DNA of 64,000 bases from NCBI GenBank assembly GCA_964016885.1, contig OZ024743.1, positions 374,728,001 to 374,792,000 on the forward strand. The letters are read 5' to 3'. The stretch comes from Eledone cirrhosa (taxonomy: Eukaryota). A program made the position numbers and the translations under genes. Positions 51,501 through 60,434 of this stretch are shown piece after piece; position 1 is the first letter of the stretch; every line of letters begins with the position of its first letter. Below the pieces are notes generated by a model. That model was not told the origin of the DNA. It made no database searches and saw only the letters and a program-made list of their open reading frames with translations.

Positions 51501-51900
51501 ATCTCTGTCTGTGTGTCTACAACAATAGACACTGCTACGTCATAGTGAATATACATCACATCTCTGTCCACAACAATAGACACTGCTGCGTCATAGTCAA
51601 TATACATCACATCTCTGTCCACAACAATAGACACTGCTACGTCATAGTCAATATACATCACATCTCTGTCCACAACAATAGACACTGCTACGTCATAGTC
51701 AATATACATCACATCTCTGTCCTCAACAATAGACACTGCTACGTCATAGTCAATTTGCATCACATCTCTGTCCACAACAATAGATACTGCTACGTCATAG
51801 TCAACATACATCACATCTCTGTCTACAACAATAGACACTGCTACGTCATAGTCAATATACATCACATCTCTGTCCACAACAATAGACACTGCTACGTCAT
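39500..51900. repeat. Higher-order repeat domain, ~6.08-kb unit in 2 copies
   Basis: Offsets of 6077 (39697/45774), 6075 (42391/48466) and 6126 (44125/50251). Rare variants are shared, e.g. GTCCGCAAC, TACGTGATATT and GCCACGTC. Confidence 0.9.
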
Positions 51901-54275
51901 AGTCAATTTGCATCACATCTCTGTCCACAACAATAGACACTGCTACGTCATAGTCAATTTACATCACATCTCTGTCCACAACAATAGACACTGCTACGTC
52001 ATAGTCAATATACATCACATCTCTGTCTACAACAATAGACACTGCTACGTCATAGTCAATATACATCACATCTCTGTCCACAACAATAGACACTGCTACG
52101 TCATAGTCAATATACATCACATCTCTGACTACAACAATAGTCACTGCTACGTCATAGTCAATATACATCACATCTCTGTCCACAACAATAGACACTGCTA
52201 CGTCATAGTCAATATACATCACATCTCTGTCTACAACAATAGACACTGCTACGTCATAGTCAATATACATGACATCTCTGTCTACAACAATAGACACTGC
52301 TACGTCATAGTCAGTATACATCACATCTCTGTCTACAACAATAGACACTGCTACGTCATAGTCAATTTACATCACATCTCTGTCCACAACAATAGACACT
52401 GCTACGTCATAGTCAATATACATCACATCTCTGTCTACAACAATAGACACTGCTACGTCATAGTCAATATACATCACATCTCTGTCCACAACAATAGACA
52501 CTGCTACGTCATAGTCAATATACATCACATCTCTGTCCACAACAATAGACACTGCTACGTCATAGTCAATATACATCACATCTATGTCCACAACAATAGA
52601 CACTGCTACGTCATAGTCAATATACATCACATCTCTATCTACAACAATAGACTCTGCTACGTCATACTCAATATACATCACATCTCTGTCTACAACAATA
52701 GACACTGCTACGTCAAAGTCAATATACATCACATCTCTGTCTACAACAATAGACACTGCTACGTCATAGTCAATATACATCATATCTCTGTCTACAATAG
52801 ACACTGCTACGTCATATTCAATATACATCACATCTTTGTCTACAACAATAGACACTGCTACGTCATAGTCAATATACATCACATCTCTGTCCACAACAAT
52901 AGACACTGCTACGTCATAGTCAATTTACATCACATCTCTGTCCACAACAATAGACACTGCTACGTCATAGTCAATATACATCACATCTCTGTCTACAACA
53001 ATAGACACTGCTACGTCATAGTCAGTATACATCACATCTCTCTCCACAACAATAGACACTGCTACGTCATAGTCAATATACATCACATCTCTGTCCACAA
53101 CACTAGACACTGCTACGTCATAGTCAATATACATCACATCTCTGTCCACAACAATAGACACTGCTACGTCATAGTCAATTTTCGTCACATCTCTGTCCAC
53201 AACAATAGACACTGCTACTTCATAGTCAATATACATCACATCTCTGTCCACAACAATAGGCACTGCTACGTCATAGTCAATATACATCAAATCTCTGTCT
53301 ACAACAATAGACACTGCTACGTCATAGTCAATATACATTACATCTCTGTCCACAACAATAGACACTGCTACGTCATAGTCAATATAGATCACATCTCTGT
53401 CTACAACAATAGACACTGCTACGTCATAGTCAATATACATCACATCTCTGTCCACAACAATAGACACTGCTACGTCATAGTCAATATACATCACATCTCT
53501 GTCTACAACAACAGACACTGCCACGTCATAGTCAATATACATCACATCTCTGTCCACAACAATAGACACTGCTACGTCATAGTCAATATACATCACATCT
53601 CTGTCCACAACAATAGACACTGCTACGACATAGTCAATATAGATCACATCTCTGTCTACAACAATAGACACTGCTACGTCATAGTCAATATACATCACAT
53701 CTCTGTCTACAACAATAGACACTGCTACGTTATAGTCAATATACATCACATCTCTGTCCACAACAATAGACACTGCTACGTCATAGTCAATATACATCAC
53801 ATCTCTGTCTACAACAATAGACACTGCTACGTTATAGTCAATATACATCACATCTCTGTCCACAACAATAGACACTGCTACGTCATAGTCAATATACATC
53901 ACATCTCTGTCTACAACAATAGACACTGCAACGTCATAGTCAAAATACATCACATCTCTGTCTACAACAATAGACACTGCTACGTCATAGTCAATATACA
54001 TCACATCTCTGTCTACAACAATAGACACTGCTACCTCATAGTCAATATACATCACATCTCTGTCCACAACAATAGACACTGCTACGTCATAGTCAATATA
54101 CATCACATCTCTGTCTACAACAATAGACACTGCTACGTCATAGTCAATATACATCACATCTCTGTCTACAATAGACACTGCTACGTCATAGTCAATATAC
54201 ATCATATCTCTGTCCACAAAAATAGACACTGCTACGTCATAGTCAATATACGTCACATCTCTGTCCACAACAATA

Positions 54276-55995
54276 GACCTCCTCAGCAGAATCGGCGTGA
54301 GTAACCGATCTGGGGACCTAACAAACTGCATAATAGGCAGTATGGATGTTGTGTCCCTGTATCCATCTATTGATGTGGATTTTGCTGTGGAGAAATGCGT
54401 AGAAATGATCAGCGAGAGCAAGGTTGAGTTCCGTGGGATTGATACCAGTGAGCTGGGACTTCTACTTAAGCTTACCCATAGTAATAGTTACCTAGACACT
54501 TATGACCTTAGCAACCTGTGCCCTACAAGACCAGCAAGAAGCAGACCACCTATCATTACCTCAATGGCCAAGAAAACCCACACAGATAGATGGAACGGGT
54601 GGACCAGAGCCATACGGACGCCCGAAAACCACGATGAACTGAAGAAAATGATTGCACATGCGGTAGGGGCCAGCATAATATTAACCCTTAGGAACATATG
54701 TTCAAATTTAATGGAAAAACATATGCCCAAGAGGAAGGAGCAGCCATTGGTGTTAGCATTGCTGGCGACATAGCTAACTTATTCATGGTATGGTGGGACA
54801 GTAGACTTAAACTTAAACTTAAAGAACACAATTAGAAGACAGCTTTACCCTGATAATGTACTCCCGCTACGTAGATGATATAAACATCGTAGTTAAGACA
54901 CCCCCACTAGAGAACAGTCAGGAACTAGAGAAAAACACAATGGAAAGCATCCAGCAAATAGCAAACTCCATCCACCAGAGCATTAGAGTTACTATAGACT
55001 ACTCAAGTAGACACCCCAACCATCGATTACCTGTACTAGACACAGAGCTCTGGTTAGATACCATTAACAACCAAAAACAAATCCTCCATTCCCATTATGC
55101 CAAACCCATGACTTCCAAACATCTGATCCACCGAATCTCGGCCATTTCGGACCATACCAAAATCAACATACTGATTGCGGATTTGGTACGGGTGATGAGA
55201 AATGTGTCCCGCATGTGCAACCCCGAAGAACTAGAGAGACACATACAACACTTCATCCACCGTATGCAGTTCTCTGGCTACAATCAGAGAGATAGAATCA
55301 GAGTGTATAGAGGAGCCAGAACCAAATGGGAAAAAATGGTAAATAATGACATAAATGGGACCTGCCCCTTGTATAGGAGCAAATTTTGGAATAGAATAGA
55401 AAGAACTAGGAACAAGGCCAATAGAATAAACTCATGGTATGATAGCAATAAATACCAGAGTGTAATGTTCATCAATACAACCCCTAGAGGCGAACTAGCC
55501 TACAAATTTAGAAGGGCCCTAAATAAACATAAACTCAATATTAAGATAGTAGAAAGACCAGGTACCTCCGTAAAAACACTTATTAGCAAGACATACCCGT
55601 TCCAAAGACCCTCATGTATAGATAAGAAATGTATAACCTGTAAAATAAACCCCCATATTAAATGTAAAACTAGAAATGTAGCGTATAGCATAAGATGTAC
55701 TGAAGGACAATGTAGAAACAAAAATATAGTGTACATAGGTGAGGCAGCTCGTAGTATAGGGGAACGGATAAATGAACACTGGCGAGACCTTCAAGATAAA
55801 GAATCATCTGTACTCTACCAACATGCTAAGATAGAACACAAGGGTAAATTAGAGAACATAGAAATAAAAATAGAATCCACACACAGAAAAGATGCAATGT
55901 TTAGGCAAATTACAGAGGCAGTAAGCATAAAAGAATTACAACCAAAATTAAATAGAAAACATGAGTGGAACAGCAACATCACAACTTACAATTAA
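54276..55995 (+). pseudogene. Disrupted PLE RT/GIY-YIG ORF: N-terminus missing, two single-base frameshifts
   Basis: Frame 1 reads DLLSRI...GSMDVVSLYPSIDVD...LTLRN (to ~54695). Frame 2 reads HMFKFNGKTYAQEEGAAIGVSIAGDIANLFMVWWD (to ~54826). Frame 3 reads ...LIMYSRYVDD (YVDD at 54868-54879) and stays open to TAA at 55995, including NVAYSIRC...VYIGE...ERINEH...QH...RQITEA...LNRKHEW. Confidence 0.9.
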
Positions 55996-56199
55996 GGACA
56001 AAATGAAAACACACACACACATAGAACAAACAACCAACCAACAACATGTAAATAAATAAACAAATAGATAAATGAACACAAACACACACAGACACCCGGA
56101 TGTGGCGCATGCGCAAACTGGGCACACAACACACACACAGAAACAAAATGGCGTAGGACAGAAGAAAGGAAAGGCACAGAAACAAAGAAAGGAATCCCC

Positions 56200-56244
56200 A
56201 GTCACTGAAGAGGTCACAGAGTGTGTGACGAAAGGACTATGACT
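56200..56244 (+). ncRNA. Minimal type I hammerhead ribozyme in the PLE 3' region
   Basis: AGTCA-CTGAAGA-G-GTCACA(gagtg)TGTGAC-GAAA-GGAC-TA-TGACT. This gives a 5-bp stem I, a CUGANGA box, a 6-bp stem II, a GAAA box, a rudimentary stem III, and predicted cleavage after A56239. Confidence 0.82.
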
Positions 56245-56466
56245 ATATATAAACAACTATCTGGTTGTGGAACCAACCAACCAACCAACCAACCAGAAAT
56301 TTATAAGTTTGTAGATTTGTAAATTTATAAATTTATAAATATATAATAAATTGAAGTGAAAGCAACTGGTGCGTGTGTTTCTTATTGGCAACATGACCCT
56401 CCCAAAGTATAACAATATATATATATATACATATATATAAAATAGAAAAAGCAAGGAAGTTTAGTT

Positions 56467-56646
56467 TACATATGAAAAATAGTTATTAAAAATAGTTATT
56501 AAAAATGCGTATCGACCTGTTTCGCGCGTTTCGCAGAGGATTGGCTCAAGGTGGCTCATAGGAGTTGTGGACCCGGCTCCAGTATCGATCTGCTCCTCAG
56601 ACTGTTGAAACGCGGGTCGATACGCAATAAATATTTTTCATATGTA
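56467..56646. repeat. Foldback (inverted-repeat) element with a hammerhead-like core on the minus strand
   Basis: Arm pairs are TACATATGAAAAATA (56467-81) with TATTTTTCATATGTA (56632-46), TGCGTATCGACC (56506-17) with GGTCGATACGCA (56615-26), and CGCGTTTC with GAAACGCG. Confidence 0.8.
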
Positions 56647-56890
56647 CATCAATATATATTTTTCATATATATATATATATATATACACACATGATGTAAT
56701 CATCGATATTGGGAACCAAAGGAAGCAGGGCAACAAGAGCAAAACGGAAAAACGACATAATAACAAGCCGGATCAACTGATATAATCAATTGACTATGTC
56801 ATGCTACTAATATAGACTTTTTTTTAACTTGGATATTCAGCTGAAACTCATCTTGTGAACTGTTGTTTTCCCGTACCGGGAGTGAAGCAA

Positions 56891-56892
<2 letters not shown>

Positions 56893-56967
<75 letters not shown>

Positions 56968-56970
56968 TAC

Positions 56971-57055
<85 letters not shown>

Positions 57056-57061
57056 TACAAT

Positions 57062-57117
<56 letters not shown>

Positions 57118-57120
57118 TAC

Positions 57121-57170
<50 letters not shown>

Positions 57171-57184
57171 CGAGAGAGAGATAC

Positions 57185-57251
<67 letters not shown>

Positions 57252-57258
57252 AAGATAC

Positions 57259-57314
<56 letters not shown>

Positions 57315-57328
57315 CGAGAGAGAGATAC

Positions 57329-57370
<42 letters not shown>
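56893..57370. repeat. Compound minisatellite made of microsatellites: [(TA)n(GA)n GCGAGAGAGAGATACAAT] x6
   Basis: Six units, each with variable TA and GA tracts and the same GCGAGAGAGAGATACAAT anchor. Confidence 0.95.
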
Positions 57371-57372
<2 letters not shown>

Positions 57373-57450
57373 TATTTCAAGCGTAACTAATATATTTCTT
57401 CCGTGTATTGTGCCGTTTTGTTATTTCTGTTATTTCTGTGTAGCGTTTAG

Positions 57451-57451
<1 letters not shown>

Positions 57452-57535
<84 letters not shown>

Positions 57536-57546
57536 TGTGTGTGTGT
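57452..57546. repeat. (CA)n-(TA)n-(TG)n microsatellite
   Basis: Read directly from the sequence. Confidence 0.95.
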
Positions 57547-57854
57547 ACGTAGGTTACTGTATAAACGTCGTAAATATATCCATTCTTTCTAGTAGTCACG
57601 AAAGTTTGCCATTCAATATTCTTTATTGACAAGGCAACCTGACATAGTTCAGCTGCTAACTAATTCTAGCAGCTGGAAAAGTCAACAAGAGTCAAGTAGA
57701 ACGTATTTCCCCACCTCCTCTTTCACCCTCTCCTTAATGAATTTCAAAATATAAAGTCCGATTTCTCGTTTCGTTGTATCAATACGTTCATGTGTGTCTT
57801 TTCTGTATTCACTTATACATGTACATAATCAAATGATACTGTGATACCGTTATA

Positions 57855-58010
57855 GTGTGGTGGCTTAGTGGTTAGGGTTGCGCGGCTCAGAATCTTAATG
57901 TCGTAAGTTTGATTTTGATCCCTGCTGACACGTTGTGTCCTTGAGCAAGACACTTTATTTTACTTTGCTTCAGGCCACTCTGCCGATAAAAAACTAGTTG
58001 AATCTAATTG
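57855..58010 (+). mobile_element. Degenerate tRNA-derived SINE with a CORE-like domain
   Basis: Pol III A-box TGGCTTAGTGG (57861-71), decayed B-box GTTTGATTT (~57907-15), then TTGTGTCCTTGAGCAAGACACTTTA (57933-57), which resembles the CORE-SINE motif TGTGACCTTGGGCAAGTCACTT. Confidence 0.7.
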
Positions 58011-58046
58011 AAAGGGGACAGTTTTATCATACAATGTGTGAAAAGA

Positions 58047-58051
<5 letters not shown>

Positions 58052-58133
<82 letters not shown>
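58052..58133. repeat. (TG)n microsatellite
   Basis: Pure TG tract of about 80 bp. Confidence 0.97.
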
Positions 58134-58136
<3 letters not shown>

Positions 58137-58401
58137 TATAGGCGCTCAAATGGAGAAATGACCATAATATTTCTCAGTCAATGTAAATACTACTTGAGAA
58201 AATTGAGTAAAATATCCAGAGAACATACTTCGTTTTATAGTCTTGTACATGTAATACATCTTGTTTCCTTAGCTCCCCCCTCTCTCTCTCTCTGTATATA
58301 TATATAAACATATATATCTGTGTGTGTGTGTGTGTGCGCGTGTGTGTGTATAAATGTATATATGTCTCTGCGTCTCTTTCCCCCTCTCTCTCTCTCCCTC
58401 C

Positions 58402-58433
<32 letters not shown>

Positions 58434-58770
58434 TGGTAAAAGGAAAAGAAAATGCTGACAAAATTTTTCCCAGTGAAAAATAGTTTAATTAGGAATAAGT
58501 ATAGATCAGTAATAAGTATTGGTTAGTATTCAGTTTTAGTTTTAAGTTTTTACCGGTTGCGCATTTCTAATGCTTTTCAAAAATAATTTTGAGATAGAGC
58601 GCCCGTGATGTTTGCTCTAATATATATATATATATATAGGAAAATGTTTGACCCCGACGGCAGAGCTCAAGCCGTTTCGACGGGTATTTCTGGACTAAGT
58701 TTTATTGAGTACTCTGGTGCGTTATGGTCCATCTGGTTCCTTACCACACCTCCTTCGTTATATATATATA

Positions 58771-58826
58771 AAGAGAGAGAAAGGGAGAAAGAAAGAGAGA
58801 GAGAGTGAAAGATAGAGAGAAAGAGA

Positions 58827-58875
<49 letters not shown>
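58771..58875. repeat. Imperfect (GA)n microsatellite
   Basis: Read directly from the sequence. Confidence 0.93.
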
Positions 58876-58878
<3 letters not shown>

Positions 58879-59045
58879 CTTGTTTTATAGGTTGTCCCCT
58901 CATTACAGATATACACATTCCGAATAATAACCTACATTATCACCACTATCTCATTATAATTCCTTTCAGGCGCCGGAAATTATTGAAATTTTACTACGTT
59001 TTCCATTAGTAGTAAATGTAAAGTTTTCTACTTTCTCCATTGCAG

Positions 59046-59177
59046 TTGTATACACACCGGATAACGTTGTGTTTGAATGGGATGAAGGCTCAGCAGTTAC
59101 ACACAACCAAAATATGGAATTGCCGCAATTCACCATTTATAATATTACATTTGGAGACTGCCATAGAGATTATGAAG
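59046..59177 (+). CDS. Internal exon of a Cys-loop ligand-gated anion channel subunit (GlyR/GluCl-like), extracellular loop B to loop C
   Basis: Polypyrimidine acceptor ...TTTCTCCATTGCAG and donor GTGAGC, phase 1/1, 132 bp. It encodes VYTPDNVVFEWDEGSAVTHNQNMELPQFTIYNITFGDCHRDYE, which parallels GlyR alpha GYTMNDLIFEW...LPQF...YCTKHY. Confidence 0.9.
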
Positions 59178-59241
59178 GTGAGCGATCATATTTCTATTCT
59201 GACAATTATTTTGTACAGTGCCTGCATTTAAACACTCAAAC

Positions 59242-59244
<3 letters not shown>

Positions 59245-59321
<77 letters not shown>
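59245..59321. repeat. (TC)n microsatellite
   Basis: Read directly from the sequence. Confidence 0.97.
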
Positions 59322-59324
<3 letters not shown>

Positions 59325-59400
59325 GATATATATATATGAAGTATTTCCGTAGAAAGGGTAAAGGAAGGGAGAGTGCTCTATGTATGCTACAGAGATATTT

Positions 59401-59562
59401 AATTATGTAATAAACAACACAATACAATTATTCCATTTACCAAAGGTTTCACGAAGACAGGCGAGCTCAACGTACGATTTCAGACGTCTCTGTTGAGCTC
59501 GCCTGTCTTCGTGAAACCTTTGGCAAATGGAATAATTGTATTGTGTTGTTTATTACATAATT
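59401..59562. repeat. Near-perfect palindrome: 71-bp inverted arms around a 20-nt loop (MITE-like or foldback)
   Basis: 59401-59471 is the reverse complement of 59492-59562 with one mismatch. The loop is GTACGATTTCAGACGTCTCT. Confidence 0.95.
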
Positions 59563-60264
59563 TTATAGATATATTATCAAGTAACAACACAGCTCCTTGT
59601 TCTTTATATATATATATATAAAGAAGAAGGGGTTGTGTTGTTACTTGATAAAGCGTATTTAGAAATAAAAGGAAAGCACAAACAAGACAGTCCCTCCCCA
59701 GTTGTCTGCTGGGGGTCTCGTACATTTCACCGCATTAGAGACAATATGTCTATCCCCAGTGCGTTAATAACTTTTGTAAGTTATTGTGGAAGGAAAAAAA
59801 GGAGTGAGAGAAAAAATGAAGCACAAGGGAAAGAAAGAGAAAAAAAAACGCAAAAAACATACCTCTAAAGAGGTGGGGGGGGGGGGGGGGGGGCAGGGCA
59901 CGAGGAGTAAGTAACCGAGAGAGAGAGAGAGGTCAAACCAGAGGCTGAACATAAGTCCAAGGCTTTATTCACAGCAAGATAGGGAGAGCTGAATAAAACA
60001 AGTCTAACCTCGGCGGGAGTAGGCGAAAAGAAGCAGAGACGAGAGAAAATGGAAGTAGTGAGGGAGCAGAGAGAAAGAGAGTATAAGTGAGAGGGAGAGG
60101 GGGAGAGAACGTGAGAGAGAGAGGGAGAGAGAAAAGGAGAGAAAGAAAGGGAAAGAGTTAATGATAACAGCAAGGGAGATGTGTGTGTGTCTGTGTGTGA
60201 AAACATTACTCTCAGCTATGACCAAGGCACAGTATCAAAAAGAAAAACGATGGTACACCAAGAT

Positions 60265-60324
60265 GATTATCTATTGGAAAAGACTGAAAGAATTAAGACT
60301 CTACTCTTTGAGGGGAAACGAGAA

Positions 60325-60330
<6 letters not shown>
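60265..60330 (+). mobile_element. Short CR1-type LINE ORF2 C-terminal remnant
   Basis: Translates to YWKRLKELRLYSL, then (frameshifted) KRERY. This matches the CR1-like terminal motif YxERLKxLxLYSLERRRER. Confidence 0.55.

Positions 60331-60377
<47 letters not shown>
60327..60377. repeat. (TA)n microsatellite
   Basis: Read directly from the sequence. Confidence 0.95.
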
Positions 60378-60380
<3 letters not shown>

Positions 60381-60434
60381 GAGGTGAAGAAATTCGGTAT
60401 GATACCCGTTTCTTACTAAATGTCAAATCCTGAG

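Larger units (their letters stand above)
1..54278. repeat. 51-bp tandem satellite/minisatellite array, about 1,060 monomers, continuing past the left window edge
   Basis: Continuous head-to-tail copies of TCAATATACATCACATCTCTGTC(T/C)ACAACAATAGACACTGCTACGTCATAG. Length variants: 48 bp (loss of CAA or AAT), 50 bp (e.g. ACGTATAG) and 59 bp (8-nt insertion giving TCTGTCTGTGTGTCTAC). The last monomer breaks off at ...CAATAGAC (54278). Confidence 0.99.
54276..56410 (+). mobile_element. Penelope-like retroelement (PLE), probably Naiad-like clade, 5'-truncated
   Basis: RT motifs GSMDVVSLYPSI, QEEGAAIG and YVDD are followed by a C-x4-C-x2-C linker and a C-terminal GIY-YIG endonuclease. The 3' region contains a hammerhead ribozyme, a known PLE hallmark. 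The 3' boundary is approximate and the clade assignment is recalled, not searched. Confidence 0.9.

Noticed and set aside
1-54278. CRISPR array
   Set aside because: There are no unique spacers, the monomers are contiguous, no cas genes are present, and the context is eukaryotic.
1-54278. Satellite as a retrozyme or hammerhead-containing tandem repeat
   Set aside because: The monomer has no CUGANGA or GAAA box on either strand.
417-54421. Hundreds of ORFs encoding (HHISVHNNRHCYVIVNI)n on + and (DVAVSIVVDRDVMYIDY)n on -, including 919-aa and 498-aa ORFs
   Set aside because: A 51-bp monomer gives one stop-free frame per strand by arithmetic. Frameshifting 59-bp and 50-bp monomers and the stop-creating AATTTAC variant are freely amplified, so there is no sign of coding constraint.
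55996-56200. SECIS element in the PLE 3' UTR
   Set aside because: The ORF has no in-frame TGA, and no convincing AUGA/GA kink-turn stem is visible.
56235-56243. The 9-mer GACTATGAC at the PLE hammerhead cleavage site is complementary to the satellite's GTCATAGTC
   Set aside because: About one 9-mer match is expected by chance between a 51-bp unit (both strands) and a 2-kb element.
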